Shown piece after piece: positions 1-9,544 of a stretch of DNA of 64,000 nt (position 1 is the stretch's first letter; each line of letters starts with the position of its first letter). The position numbers were made by a program, and so were the translations under genes. The DNA is from a virus. The stretch is from the IMG/VR virus record IMGVR_UViG_3300032516_000005; one strand, given 5' to 3'. The notes under the pieces are model-generated. The model was not told the DNA's origin, made no database searches, and saw only the letters and a list, made by a program, of their open reading frames with translations.

Positions 1-113
1 GCCGATCACAGCCAGGTCAGCTTCGAGAGCTTTGAAGCGATCGAAGGCATGGCGTCCGGTGCCGCAATCAGCGGCCGACGACTGCATGTGGAAGTTGTGG
101 GGTCGATCCGACA

Positions 114-281
114 TCACGTGCTCCGTTTCGATGGGTGAATGACCGCGCGTGGCAGGGCCGCTGCACCTGACTGACGGTTCTCGCGGTCCCAGCACGCCTG
201 GCGCTCTTCCAGCTCGCAGGTGCAGTTCTCGTAGCCCCACGAGACGCACCAGTGCTCGCACTCGTACGGTCGTTCGCTCAC
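114..281 (-). CDS. small Cys-rich hypothetical protein (paralog of 36453..36635)
   Basis: GTG at 281 overlaps the upstream stop; CTCELEERQACWDRENR..AAALP matches CTCDLDERRACYEREHR..AAALP. Confidence 0.55.
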   Translation of the reverse strand: MSERPYECEHWCVSWGYENCTCELEERQACWDRENRQSGAAALPRAVIHPSKRST

Positions 282-694
282 GCGCGCTCCAGCAGCATCG
301 CGAGTGCGCACGATCCACAGATTTCGCCCCAGTTGCCCTTGATGCCGAGCCGGTACAAGCGCCAGGTCGGACGGTTCTGGACGTCGTCAGCGCAACGCAA
401 ACACACGACCCAGCCGTAGCGCGCCGCGATCTCGCTACCGAGCTGCCAGTCATCGGCTAGCGCTGCAGCCTGGATCGCCTCACGTGCATCGGCGTCGCTA
501 ACACCGTCTTCGATCTCGACGAGCATGTCAGCCAAGCGGGGCGCCGGCCGCGCGATCACGACGGACGTGCCCGCCTCCAACCGATTGTCGTAGAGGCCGA
601 AGTTCTTGAACCAGTGGACGTGTTTTGTAGCTAGTTCAACGGGACGTGTCGTCGTCGCCGTCGGTTTGTCCGTCTGGAATACCAGCGTCTTCAT
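278..694 (-). CDS. hypothetical phage protein
   Basis: 138-aa ORF in a tightly packed minus-strand operon; C-terminal CxxC..CxxC. Confidence 0.6.
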   Translation of the reverse strand: MKTLVFQTDKPTATTTRPVELATKHVHWFKNFGLYDNRLEAGTSVVIARPAPRLADMLVEIEDGVSDADAREAIQAAALADDWQLGSEIAARYGWVVCLRCADDVQNRPTWRLYRLGIKGNWGEICGSCALAMLLERA

Positions 695-921
695 CAGTTC
701 GTCTCGTCGACCTGCGTCTGCTGCCCGAAGTTGCGTTCCCAGTTGGCAGCGTACGGCCGGCTCCAGCCTACGCGTGACGATGCCAGGACGTCATCAGAGC
801 CAGGTGCGTCGTAGATGATCGCGGTCTCGTCGATGGGTTCGATGCTAATCACGTGCAGACCGCCGCGATCGCATTCGGTCAGCTTGATCTTGAGACCGAT
901 GATCTTGTTGTTCTCGCTCAC
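694..921 (-). CDS. hypothetical phage protein
   Basis: GGAG RBS before GTG at 921; stop abuts the next gene. Confidence 0.5.
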   Translation of the reverse strand: MSENNKIIGLKIKLTECDRGGLHVISIEPIDETAIIYDAPGSDDVLASSRVGWSRPYAANWERNFGQQTQVDETN

Positions 922-982
922 AGCGTTTTTCTCCACGTGTCGATCGCAGCAGCGATCGTCTTGACCAGTGACTCTGCCACGG

Positions 983-1297
983 CTACTCCTCGGCGTCGTC
1001 GGGCATCGGCGTGCCGCGCAAGATCGCACGCGCCTCCGCGGACTTCTTGTACAACCCCTTGGCTGCGTCATCCACGAAGCGCAGCACGTGCTCGACCTCG
1101 GTCATTCGCTGCTTGGTCGTCTGCTTGTCGATGATCATGTGCTCGATGAGCCGCAATAGGTCGACGATCTGTTGCTGTGGAAGCTCGCGGCCGTTCGCGA
1201 CCTGCTTGCTGAGCAAGCTCACAAACTCGACGCGGCCGGTCTCGAACGCAACGGCAAGCTCGGGGGGAAGTTGGTAGGTGTCGTCTGATTTCATCAT
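983..1297 (-). CDS. hypothetical coiled-coil protein
   Basis: AAGGA RBS; helical composition. Confidence 0.65.
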   Translation of the reverse strand: MMKSDDTYQLPPELAVAFETGRVEFVSLLSKQVANGRELPQQQIVDLLRLIEHMIIDKQTTKQRMTEVEHVLRFVDDAAKGLYKKSAEARAILRGTPMPDDAEE

Positions 1298-1352
1298 CTA
1301 GGTGTCCTTTGGTTTGGGTTGTCACACGGGCATGGGTTGTCACGCGTGGGCA

Positions 1353-1955
1353 TTACGCCGTCACGCCTTGGCCGGCGAGCAGTGCACAAGCCCCCCGGAA
1401 GTTCTTGATCGCGACGAGCGCGCTCGCAGCCGTCAACGCATTGTCGCTGACTCGAAGCAACACCGTCGTATCTGGCCGATCAGCGCCCGTGAGCAACGCG
1501 AACTCCGCGAGCAGCAGATCGCGTGGCAACGGCAGGTCACCGAACACCTGCGCGTGCAGGACACGCCCGGCAGCCATTGCGAGTGCGCTAACATCACGAT
1601 CACCGCCACGCGTGCGCCGCACGTCCCACATAGCTGCAAAGGCTTCACAGTCGAGGGCGGCCTTCGCAGCCCAGTAGTCGGTCGTGTCACGTTGTTGCCG
1701 TACGACAGGCTTCGTACCCGAGAATCCGACCGCCTGGCCATACCAAACCGCGACCCGTCCGTCCGGTGCCGCGATCGCCGCCGCAACTTCGACTTTCAAA
1801 TCGCTGACGGTCGCATGCGCGACGGTTACCTGCCAGCGTTGAGTCTTGAATGCATAGCGTCCCCACTCTTCGGCGTCGGTGAGATCGAAGTCGACCTGGC
1901 GTGCTAGGCGCGGTTCGATCGGCGGCACGACGATCTTGACGTCGATGATCATCAC
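1353..1955 (-). CDS. hypothetical protein, tandem paralog of 1952..2518
   Basis: shared blocks PRL..VDFD, A.A.PDGRVAVW, WD.RR, LHA.VF.D, AASAL. Confidence 0.7.
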   Translation of the reverse strand: MMIIDVKIVVPPIEPRLARQVDFDLTDAEEWGRYAFKTQRWQVTVAHATVSDLKVEVAAAIAAPDGRVAVWYGQAVGFSGTKPVVRQQRDTTDYWAAKAALDCEAFAAMWDVRRTRGGDRDVSALAMAAGRVLHAQVFGDLPLPRDLLLAEFALLTGADRPDTTVLLRVSDNALTAASALVAIKNFRGACALLAGQGVTA

Positions 1956-2518
1956 CTGCGTCCCGTCACTGTCTTACCGGCAAACAATCGATTCGCACCA
2001 AGCACGTTACCAAGCGCGTACAACGCCGATGCTGCCGCGAGCACATTGGTTGATGCCTTGTGAATCAACGGCCAATCGGGTCGACGACTCCGCGGCACTG
2101 TTAGCAGCTCACGCAGATACACATCGCGTGTCTCAGGTGCGTCATTGAACACGCCAGCATGCAGAATACGGCAAGCCGCCTGCGCTGCTTCGCGCGCCTT
2201 GCTGCGCCGGTCATCCCACAGCATGGCAGCAGTTTGATCATCGGTAGCTGCCGTTGCAGCGCCGCACAGCGTGACCTTGTTCGCGCGCACTCGATCGCAC
2301 CAGACCGCGACACGCCCATCAGGCGACGCAATCGCGACAACGGCCTCGGTGGCGGCCGGATACTTGTAAGCGTTGGCGACGCTACCCCCGTGCGTGGCGT
2401 AATACAGCCACGTCTGCGCAGCGGTCGCTTCGCGACTGAACGTTTCAGCGTCGAAATCGACGCGTCGTACACGCAGGCGCGGCGTAGTCGGCGGCTTGAC
2501 GATCTCGATGACGTTCAC
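1952..2518 (-). CDS. hypothetical protein, tandem paralog of 1353..1955
   Basis: same shared blocks; 4-nt start/stop overlaps on both sides. Confidence 0.7.
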   Translation of the reverse strand: MNVIEIVKPPTTPRLRVRRVDFDAETFSREATAAQTWLYYATHGGSVANAYKYPAATEAVVAIASPDGRVAVWCDRVRANKVTLCGAATAATDDQTAAMLWDDRRSKAREAAQAACRILHAGVFNDAPETRDVYLRELLTVPRSRRPDWPLIHKASTNVLAAASALYALGNVLGANRLFAGKTVTGRR

Positions 2519-3837
2519 GACGCCGTGCCGCCGCGCAGCGACTTGACGATGTCGCGCCAGAGGTTCTCGATCGCCATCACGTGGTTCTTCTCGCCGTCGC
2601 CGCCCTCGCGGTGCGAGAACTCATGCACCAGCGTCGCCAGCGTCTCGTCGCGGTCGCCGAGCAACCGTGCGGCAACCAGCAAGCGACCGTCCTTGTACTG
2701 GCCCATCATGTTGGCCGACCGGAACTCGACGATGTCGACGAGATCGAGCGTGCAGTTGGACCGGACCGTACCGATCAGCTTGACGCTGTCGAGCAGGTTG
2801 TACTTCTGCGCCTCGCCGAGGTCGCTCCACGACAACGTGCGCACGACCTCCTCGCGCATCGATTTCTGCAGCTCGTCCTTGCTGCCCATCGTCGTCGCGA
2901 GCAGCGCGCCGAGCGGCCGGCTGACGACGATGCCACGCTTGCCGAGATGCTCGACCTCGGCCGACTCCGCGAGCGTCGCGACAGGCACCGCGTCCGCGCC
3001 GAACTTCGCCATGAACTGCTTGGCGATGTCGTTCTTGACCGACTGCGGTGCGTACGACGCGTTGTGCTCCAGGCCCTCAACGTCGCTCTTGCCTTCGAGC
3101 ACCATCGTGAAAATCGTGTTCATCAGGTCGGGGCGCATCGCGGCAGCCGCCGTCCAGATCTGACCGCACTCCCAGCGCAGGTCCCACGACGAGATCATCT
3201 TGCGGTCGCGGTCGACGTCGCAGCACCGGAAGTCGTAGCCCGCATTCAGACGCGGGTCGGTCTGCACGTAGATGCCCTTGACGAACACCTGGCCCTTGGC
3301 CGCCTCGTCGAGCAGCAACGTGCCGCGGTCGGTCACGACGGCCGTGTCAGCCTTGGGCTTGGTGAGGAACAGGAACCGTCCCTTGAGCCCGTCCCAGTCG
3401 TCAGCCGACACGCCCGAGATCTCGACGCGGACGCGCTTCTTGTCCTCGTTGCCACCCTTGCAGTCGAAGCACAGCACGTCCGCGGCGTAGCGCTCGCTCT
3501 TGGCGATGTACGCGCTCCAGACCTCGCCACCCGTACGGATCTTGACCTGGCGACCGCTGCGCACGAGCGCCAGCACGCCGAGCTTGAGCCCCTCGCCGAA
3601 CTTCCCGATCATGTCGCTACGGCCCGTCTTGGACGACGTGCCGAACAGCAGCGACTCGCGCGTCATCTCGGCGCCCTCGTTCTCGATGCGCAGCGTGGTG
3701 CCCAGGTGCGTGACCTTGAGCGGCGCCTCGAACTCGGTTTCGGCATCCTTGCCGTTCTGAATCAGTTCGCGGATGCCTTCCCAGGCGCCCCAGGACGGGA
3801 GGTACTGCACGTTGATCGAGAGTTCAAGCTTGGACAT
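2515..3837 (-). CDS. GHKL (HATPase/MORC-like) ATPase with C-terminal HExxH zincin motif
   Basis: RELIQNGKDA, IENEG, IGKFGEGLKLG motifs; VHEFSH near the C-terminus; start moved to ATG 3837 (GAGG RBS). Confidence 0.8.
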   Translation of the reverse strand: MSKLELSINVQYLPSWGAWEGIRELIQNGKDAETEFEAPLKVTHLGTTLRIENEGAEMTRESLLFGTSSKTGRSDMIGKFGEGLKLGVLALVRSGRQVKIRTGGEVWSAYIAKSERYAADVLCFDCKGGNEDKKRVRVEISGVSADDWDGLKGRFLFLTKPKADTAVVTDRGTLLLDEAAKGQVFVKGIYVQTDPRLNAGYDFRCCDVDRDRKMISSWDLRWECGQIWTAAAAMRPDLMNTIFTMVLEGKSDVEGLEHNASYAPQSVKNDIAKQFMAKFGADAVPVATLAESAEVEHLGKRGIVVSRPLGALLATTMGSKDELQKSMREEVVRTLSWSDLGEAQKYNLLDSVKLIGTVRSNCTLDLVDIVEFRSANMMGQYKDGRLLVAARLLGDRDETLATLVHEFSHREGGDGEKNHVMAIENLWRDIVKSLRGGTAS

Positions 3838-3893
3838 GGACATTGCCTCGGAGTGAGTGGGTCGGGGGCAGTCGTCGCCGGGTTCGCAGGTAC

Positions 3894-3935
3894 AGACGCG
3901 CGAGCGCGTCGGGCTATTCACAAAGCGAGAGTAAA
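3894..3935 (-). promoter_or_regulatory. ECF-type promoter with upstream CTCTYGCTTTG box
   Basis: TTTACTCTCGCTTTGTGAAT-N17-CGTCT upstream of the GHKL ATPase. Confidence 0.6.
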
Positions 3936-4136
3936 CTCGGGCGCAGCCGCGAATACCTGCTGCCAGGCGCCGTCGCGCGTGCGCACAAAAATCTTGGTGA
4001 CCCGCCCGTCCTCGACGGTGACTTCGCAGATGTTGCGCGCCGCGATCTCGGTTGCGATGTGAATCCCGCAACACGTGCTGCTCATGCCAGGTGCCGTTAG
4101 CTCGATGCGTTCTCCGCTGCTGATCTTGATGTTCAT
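3918..4136 (-). CDS. hypothetical protein
   Basis: GGAG RBS; start overlaps the upstream stop. Confidence 0.55.
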   Translation of the reverse strand: MNIKISSGERIELTAPGMSSTCCGIHIATEIAARNICEVTVEDGRVTKIFVRTRDGAWQQVFAAAPEFTLAL

Positions 4137-4420
4137 AGCTTCTCCGTCGGTGGTGGTGGTGCATCCGCCGCGTAGGCGACCGTCGTTCGCTTGCCGAGTG
4201 CTTTATCGATTTGCCGCATCAGTTTGGTGCGGCGCGGGTTGGTGGTGCACGACGCTAGCTCGTCGTACGCACACGCCAACAGATCCACGACCTCCAGCGT
4301 CTTCTTCACGCAACTCTGGCAGAGGTCGCGAGCGCCCACGGTCGCGCCGAACGCGCACGTGCCACACATGAAATCGTAGTCGTCTCCGGTGTCGACTTTG
4401 GGAACGTGGTGCCTCGCCAT
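4133..4420 (-). CDS. hypothetical Zn-finger protein
   Basis: GAGG RBS, ATG 4420; CGTC..CQSC. Confidence 0.55.
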   Translation of the reverse strand: MARHHVPKVDTGDDYDFMCGTCAFGATVGARDLCQSCVKKTLEVVDLLACAYDELASCTTNPRRTKLMRQIDKALGKRTTVAYAADAPPPPTEKL

Positions 4421-4422
4421 GA

Positions 4423-4584
4423 CTAGTGGCTTCCTTCGCGCGGGGGCCGTACTGAAGTCGCAGCAGCTTCCGACCACGAAGTCGTGGCGCCCTTGAGGAG
4501 CTTGCGCATCTGGCCCTCGCGGGCCTTGAGCCAGCGGAACCAGTCGCGGGCGCAGTGGGAGCAGGTTTGATCGCAGGTCTGCAT
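4423..4584 (-). CDS. small hypothetical protein (53 aa, below ORF-track cut-off)
   Basis: MQTCDQTCSHCARDWFRWLKAREAQMRK...; starts 7 nt after an ECF-type -10. Confidence 0.5.
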   Translation of the reverse strand: MQTCDQTCSHCARDWFRWLKAREGQMRKLLKGATTSWSEAAATSVRPPREGSH

Positions 4585-4591
4585 GGCCGTG

Positions 4592-4630
4592 AGACGTACT
4601 TGTACCGAGCCTATTCAAACAAAGCAAGAG
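4592..4630 (-). promoter_or_regulatory. ECF-type promoter with upstream box
   Basis: CTCTTGCTTTGTTTGAAT-N16-CGTCT; also TTGCTT-N17-TACAAG. Confidence 0.6.
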
Positions 4631-4637
4631 CAACTTG

Positions 4638-4916
4638 TTATCCCGGGATCTTGTGCCCAAGTACCTGAAATGCGGCTAGTTCGGCCTCGCTGAAGACGTG
4701 CGGCTTGCGCGGTACGGCGTAGCAACCCGAGCGCGGGGTCCGGCCCAAGCCGTTCGCGCGGGCGACGCGATCAGCGTGCGGCGCGGCTCGGGACCGTCCG
4801 CTGTCGGCGGTGCAACCGTATCGCGGCAGGGCAGCGCAAAACGGGCACTCGGCGCAGTACGCGCGGTCCCGCAGGGTCTCGTCAGGTGGGGCGGATCTCA
4901 GGCGACGCTTCGTCAT
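4638..4916 (-). CDS. small Zn-finger protein (CPxC..C..HxxR)
   Basis: CPFCAALPRYGC...PHADR; GAGG RBS. Confidence 0.55.
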   Translation of the reverse strand: MTKRRLRSAPPDETLRDRAYCAECPFCAALPRYGCTADSGRSRAAPHADRVARANGLGRTPRSGCYAVPRKPHVFSEAELAAFQVLGHKIPG

Positions 4917-4924
4917 AGGTTCCT

Positions 4925-5542
4925 CTACAGCCGCGCGCGGATCGCCGCGATCATCTCGGCAGCAACGGCCAGATTCCACGGTGAGCGTTGCCAGCCGCTG
5001 ATGTGCTCAAACGCCACGTTCTGCTCGGGCTTGTAGATCACGTAGCAACCGCCCGCAATCTCGCCCGAGCACAGCGATCCAGGTGTGCCGAAGTCAGGTG
5101 CTACCTTGGCCGTCAAGACCTGGTCGACGACGATGTTCTTCGCCGGCCGGTTCGCTTGGCCGAATGCCGAGTCAACCAAGACGCCGTTCGCGACGCCGAT
5201 TAGGTGATACGGGAAGTCGTCACCGTCGGAACCTGCGATCGCTCCGAGCGACCACGCACCGTCGGCGAGCCACATTTGCATCTCAGCATCATTCGTCGGG
5301 CAGCTCCCCTTGGCAGACATGCGCTGAATCCAGCGCGCGTTGTAGACCTCGAACGAGACGACCTGCGCCCGCGCCGGCACGCCGAAGTGCTTCATCGTCT
5401 CGACGAACACGCGCGTGCCGTTGATGCAGCAGTTTGGCACGAACTGCTTGAGCAAGATCGGTCCCGCCAGCTCGCCGTAGAGCGTGACGACCCGTTCCCG
5501 GTTTCCCGTGCGCTCGCGCTTGAGTCGTGCTTGCTTGCCCAT
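4925..5542 (-). CDS. putative transglutaminase/papain-fold protein
   Basis: Cys (NCCINGTR), His (YHLIG), Asp (VLVDSAFGQ) in triad order. Confidence 0.45.
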   Translation of the reverse strand: MGKQARLKRERTGNRERVVTLYGELAGPILLKQFVPNCCINGTRVFVETMKHFGVPARAQVVSFEVYNARWIQRMSAKGSCPTNDAEMQMWLADGAWSLGAIAGSDGDDFPYHLIGVANGVLVDSAFGQANRPAKNIVVDQVLTAKVAPDFGTPGSLCSGEIAGGCYVIYKPEQNVAFEHISGWQRSPWNLAVAAEMIAAIRARL

Positions 5543-5708
5543 GTGCTCTCTCGTGGTGACGTCGTGTGGTGCATAGATCTGACGGAAAAAGTGAACCACT
5601 AGCTCTGCGGCAGGTCGCCGTGGTTCTGAACGGTTGCCTCTCTGCCCACCCGCTGTGTCGACCAGCCGCGATGGGATCTGCCTGGCTTAGCGTCCCGCTG
5701 CGAATCGT

Positions 5709-5855
5709 TCAGGTCTTCGGTCCGAACTTCGCCTTGAGGTAGTTGAAGTGCTCGACCCGCTCGACGGTCGCGAGGATCTTGTCGGCTTGCAGCTGCTCTT
5801 GTACAGCCTGCTCACGCTGCGGTGTGTGCGTGCCTCGTCTGCCTCGTCGAGTCAT
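5709..5855 (-). CDS. small basic hypothetical protein
   Basis: GGAGG RBS; TTGACA upstream at 5905-5910. Confidence 0.45.
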   Translation of the reverse strand: MTRRGRRGTHTPQREQAVQEQLQADKILATVERVEHFNYLKAKFGPKT

Positions 5856-5970
5856 GTTGCCTCCGTGCATGGTGGTGCCTCGATATCGCACGATGCTCTT
5901 GCTTTGTCAAGTTCCAGCGAGATCGCGCCTGAGTAGACCTGCACGCCGGTCGGTCTGAGTCGGTTGATGT

Positions 5971-6390
5971 TCACGACATCACGCCGATCGCGCGAAGGAC
6001 AACCGACTGGCCTGAGCGCATGAGCCAGCCAGCGACCGCTTCGCGCGCCTGGCGATCGAGGTCGGTGATCTTGACGTCGATCTCGAACTCGTCGGGGTCG
6101 ACACCGCACGCCTCGCCAACGGCCTTGGCGAAGATCAACTTCCAGCGCTCGCCGTGATGCTCGCTGTTGGGTGCCGCGAGGTGCGCTAGCTCATGTAGCG
6201 CCGTCGCGAGATCGAACGCCAGGTCGCCGGTCACGTAGACGTTCGCGCGGCCTTGGTAGCACCAGGCGACGCCGACGCGTTGCGTACCCTTGTAGGGCTT
6301 GACGGTGACCCGCATCGGGATCGGCGCGCCCCACGCGGCCAGGGACCGCCACGTGTCGGCCCAGTGCGTGACGACATCGTCGAGCTTCAC
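5971..6390 (-). CDS. SprT-like zinc metallopeptidase
   Basis: LHELAH...HGERWK motif. Confidence 0.75.
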   Translation of the reverse strand: MKLDDVVTHWADTWRSLAAWGAPIPMRVTVKPYKGTQRVGVAWCYQGRANVYVTGDLAFDLATALHELAHLAAPNSEHHGERWKLIFAKAVGEACGVDPDEFEIDVKITDLDRQAREAVAGWLMRSGQSVVLRAIGVMS

Positions 6391-6659
6391 TTGAGCGATC
6401 CCAATCGTTTGATCGTCGCGCTGTGGATACGTTTCCGCTCGGTCCACACGCCACCGATCTCATCGCACGCCTTGTGATCCTTGGCCTTGTGCGCGGTCCG
6501 GTAGGTGCCGACAAGCGGAACCAGCATCACTGCCACCCATGCTTCCAGCGCTAAATCATCATTCTCGAATTTCTTGCAGAGATCACATCGTTCGATGGTG
6601 TCTTCCGTGGTTTCGAGCCAGCCGGAACCACCACACCCGTCGTCGCATTCTGCGTTCAC
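6387..6659 (-). CDS. hypothetical protein
   Basis: overlapping starts/stops with neighbours; Cys pairs. Confidence 0.55.
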   Translation of the reverse strand: MNAECDDGCGGSGWLETTEDTIERCDLCKKFENDDLALEAWVAVMLVPLVGTYRTAHKAKDHKACDEIGGVWTERKRIHSATIKRLGSLK

Positions 6660-7429
6660 TTCAGGCTCCCTTGCCCGGCCTTGAGCCCGCCCCTGGCGTT
6701 GCCACCGAGACGCACACGACCGCCGGCAGCCTGGCCTGCGTTGTAGCCGGAGCCCGAGGACACCTGGCCGACCCGCGCGCTACCGCCCCACGAGCGACTG
6801 AAGTTGGCGTACGACTGCTCGACCTCAGCGCGGTCCTTCTCGATGATCGCGATGACACCCGCGCTCGGGGGCGGGGGCGCATCGGCGGCCGGCGCCGCCT
6901 TGTGGTCGGCGTGCGCATGCTCCGTGTTCTTCGGGGCGCGCTTGGCTGCCGTCTGCTCGTCAAGCCGTTCCGCGACACGCGACGCGCAACCGAGCCGGAA
7001 CGCGTTGCGGTATGCCCGTGAGTGCCGGGGCGACGGTGCCTCGGCGTCGGTGATCGTCTCGATCTCCGACATCAGGTACTGCGCGGTGTAGCTTGCGGCC
7101 TGGACCGCCGACAAGCGTCCGAACAGCTGGATGCGTCCGCGGGTCCAGTACGCCCGCGCACCATAAGTGCGGGCCACGCCGTTGATGACGCGCATATGCC
7201 ACGCGACCTTCTTCTTGGTGTCGGTCACCTGGAAGCGCTTGTCGATTGCCTCCGCGATGCGCGGCGCCTGTGCATCGAGCGCGAGCGCGGCCTCATGGAT
7301 CTCATGTTGTGTCATCAACTCCGACGCGCGCTGCGCAGCGAGGGCCGCCTCGTGCTCCGAACCCGCGTTCTTCGCGAGGCGCAGCAGCTTCTGGATCCGG
7401 TCGATGATGCTGTCGATGTTCTTGGTCAC
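6656..7429 (-). CDS. DUF2786 domain protein
   Basis: IDRIQKLLRLA..SEHEAALAAQRASELMTQH N-terminus; NAFRLG; AAGGAG RBS. Confidence 0.8.
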   Translation of the reverse strand: MTKNIDSIIDRIQKLLRLAKNAGSEHEAALAAQRASELMTQHEIHEAALALDAQAPRIAEAIDKRFQVTDTKKKVAWHMRVINGVARTYGARAYWTRGRIQLFGRLSAVQAASYTAQYLMSEIETITDAEAPSPRHSRAYRNAFRLGCASRVAERLDEQTAAKRAPKNTEHAHADHKAAPAADAPPPPSAGVIAIIEKDRAEVEQSYANFSRSWGGSARVGQVSSGSGYNAGQAAGGRVRLGGNARGGLKAGQGSLK

Positions 7430-7457
7430 GTGCGGCTCCTTGTTTCGTTCGCCCTAC

Positions 7458-7496
7458 AGACGTCATACTGAGGCCAGCTATTCAACAAAGCAAGAG
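7458..7496 (-). promoter_or_regulatory. ECF-type promoter with upstream box
   Basis: CTCTTGCTTTGTTGAAT-N17-CGTCT upstream of the DUF2786 operon. Confidence 0.6.
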
Positions 7497-7597
7497 CAAG
7501 TTGCGTAAGTAACACATTTTCGACGAAGATTTAGCTGGGGCAGGCGCCGATCCCCCTAGCCTTCAGAGGCCTGACGCTCCCGAAATTGCGAACCGGC

Positions 7598-7624
7598 TGT
7601 CAGATCCGGATGCCTCGTGTCGTC
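7598..7624 (+). promoter_or_regulatory. ECF41-like promoter
   Basis: TGTCAGA-N16-CGTC; same arrangement at 8330. Confidence 0.5.
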
Positions 7625-7639
7625 TTCGAGACAGCAGCC

Positions 7640-7930
7640 ATGAAGACTCCACGAATCGTACGAGACATGATCCCGCACCTGTCGACGGCTGAACGTGTGC
7701 TCGTTCGCGCCTTCCTGGTCCTTGCCTGGGACGAGATCTTTGCGTTGCCGGATACGCGCGAGACGCGCAGCGCCCTCGACAGGGTCGAAGACCTGATGGC
7801 GGCGCTCGATCCAGAAGTGACCGAGGGCGTGCTTGACATCGACCTGTCTAAGTTGACCATCCTCGTCGAAGAACTCGCCTCCGACGAGGCCGCTCTACAG
7901 TTGTCACTGCAGAAAGGGTTGCCATCGTGA
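7640..7930 (+). CDS. hypothetical protein
   Basis: ATG 7640 downstream of the promoter; acidic helical protein. Confidence 0.6.
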   Translation: MKTPRIVRDMIPHLSTAERVLVRAFLVLAWDEIFALPDTRETRSALDRVEDLMAALDPEVTEGVLDIDLSKLTILVEELASDEAALQLSLQKGLPS

Positions 7931-8328
7931 CCAACTTCGAGCAGCTGCTTCGGGACCTGACCGACCCAGTGCAAAGCGCACTGGACACCGCCGAGGCCCT
8001 CAAGGTCTACGAGTGGTGCATCAACGGCTATCGGGGCGTCGGCACCGTCGACGATCTTGCCGTACTCGTCCATCCGGCAGCCGCGACGTGCTGGATGCGT
8101 GACGTTGGCTGGCGCGATCTACCGGGCGAGTACGATACGGTCGGCACGCTGTTCACGCATCCGAGCTACGACCCAGAGACGTGCGAACGTGGTGAGGCGA
8201 CGATGCACCTGGGTGGGCCGCGCGGCTATCCCGCGTTGACGCTGTTTTTCCTGACGGAGCCCCAACCCCGTTGGGAAGTCCAGCCACGTCCACTCAATTG
8301 GCCGAGTCCTACGGGATCGTGTCGCTAA
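7927..8328 (+). CDS. hypothetical protein
   Basis: GTGA overlap with the previous gene. Confidence 0.6.
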   Translation: MTNFEQLLRDLTDPVQSALDTAEALKVYEWCINGYRGVGTVDDLAVLVHPAAATCWMRDVGWRDLPGEYDTVGTLFTHPSYDPETCERGEATMHLGGPRGYPALTLFFLTEPQPRWEVQPRPLNWPSPTGSCR

Positions 8329-8329
8329 C

Positions 8330-8356
8330 TGTCAGATCGAGGCACGCGGCGACGTC
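8330..8356 (+). promoter_or_regulatory. ECF41-like promoter
   Basis: TGTCAGA-N16-CGTC upstream of ATG 8383. Confidence 0.5.
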
Positions 8357-8382
8357 ACTGAAACAGAAGGGAAACGAGAAAC

Positions 8383-8814
8383 ATGATCAAGCACGCAGAG
8401 AGTCACTTCGACCACGGCCTGACGGCCGCACAAGTCGACCACGTCATGCAGCGTTTCGCAGACCGCGCGGCGTTCTTCATCGAGACGATCGAGTTGCCCG
8501 AGGCACTCGGCACCGTCCCGTGCGGGTTGCATGGGCCACTTGTTGGCAACGCGTCGATCGACGAGACCGACGTCACGTACGCCAAGCGCGGTACGCGCGC
8601 ATGGGACTCGCGTCTGGTCGATCGGCCGGCGCAGCAGGTCCGAACGGTGACCGTCATCGCCGGTCCTCACGAAGAGGAGTCCTGCATCGTCTTTACGATG
8701 TACGGCGGGCCGTGCGCGCCGCAGGAACCGGGCGATCCGGGCTGCAAGGACGTGCCAGTGAGCCGCACGTTCTGGTCCGAGCACGCGCTGTCGTCGCGCG
8801 AACAAGGGAAGTGA
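8383..8814 (+). CDS. conserved-looking hypothetical phage protein
   Basis: good codon bias; TVIAGP..FTMYGGPCAPQEPGD..FWSEHAL. Confidence 0.7.
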   Translation: MIKHAESHFDHGLTAAQVDHVMQRFADRAAFFIETIELPEALGTVPCGLHGPLVGNASIDETDVTYAKRGTRAWDSRLVDRPAQQVRTVTVIAGPHEEESCIVFTMYGGPCAPQEPGDPGCKDVPVSRTFWSEHALSSREQGK

Positions 8815-8855
8815 GGAGCTGTATGCCTGGTAGAAGAGTCTGAACTCGCTGCGCC

Positions 8856-9230
8856 TCAGCGCGCAGCAAACCGTCGCAGAACGTTGAGCTGCGGCGGCAC
8901 GATGTCCCACTGGGACACGACCTCGCGCGGCACCCATGCGTAGTCCGCGCTCTCGCGCGTGTCGAGCTTCAGGCGCCCGCCCCAACGCTTGGCGTAGAAG
9001 ACGTCGACGAAACCGTGCGCCATGCGAACGCGTACAATAGGCGCCAGCGCCTCGACGTGCAGACCCGTTTCTTCGCGCGTCTCACGCACGGCTGCTTGCA
9101 CGGGCGTCTCACCGGACTCGATCAAGCCGCCTGGCAGGTTCCAGCGGCACGGCATCCACGGCGCCGTCGGACCGCGTTGCAGGAGCAGATACTCGCCGTC
9201 ACGCTCGATGATGACTGACGCGCTGTGCAT
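8856..9230 (-). CDS. Nudix hydrolase (MutT-like)
   Basis: Nudix box GGLIESGETPVQAAVRETREETGL. Confidence 0.9.
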   Translation of the reverse strand: MHSASVIIERDGEYLLLQRGPTAPWMPCRWNLPGGLIESGETPVQAAVRETREETGLHVEALAPIVRVRMAHGFVDVFYAKRWGGRLKLDTRESADYAWVPREVVSQWDIVPPQLNVLRRFAAR

Positions 9231-9234
9231 GGAA

Positions 9235-9498
9235 TCAGCGATAGAACCTGCGATCGATCGGGAGCGCGCGCGCGAACTTCGCCGTCGGACACTTCGCCTT
9301 GAGCTTGGCTTTGGCTGCCGCGCGCGACGGCGCGCGTAGGTGACCCCAGCTGTCGCCGTTGTCGTAGGCGTACAGCGGCGCGCCTTGACCAAAGTAGCGG
9401 CCGTCGGCGTAGCCTCCCTGGTCGAGGTAAACGCGCGTGAGCGAGATCTTGGCCGGCGAACAAACGAACCGTTCCATGCCCAGCTGGCGGCGCTTCAT
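9235..9498 (-). CDS. conserved phage protein, N-terminal KRRQLG
   Basis: LDQGGY..G.YFGQGAPLY; TAGGCT 6 nt before ATG. Confidence 0.65.
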   Translation of the reverse strand: MKRRQLGMERFVCSPAKISLTRVYLDQGGYADGRYFGQGAPLYAYDNGDSWGHLRAPSRAAAKAKLKAKCPTAKFARALPIDRRFYR

Positions 9499-9544
9499 AG
9501 TTCGAGCCTATCACAACAGGCTCTGACTTCGATCGCGTCCGCGA

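Noticed and set aside
5586-5708. Possible riboswitch or structured leader (GAACCAC/GTGGTTC stem with T run on minus)
   Set aside because: No recognisable aptamer consensus; most simply a weak terminator
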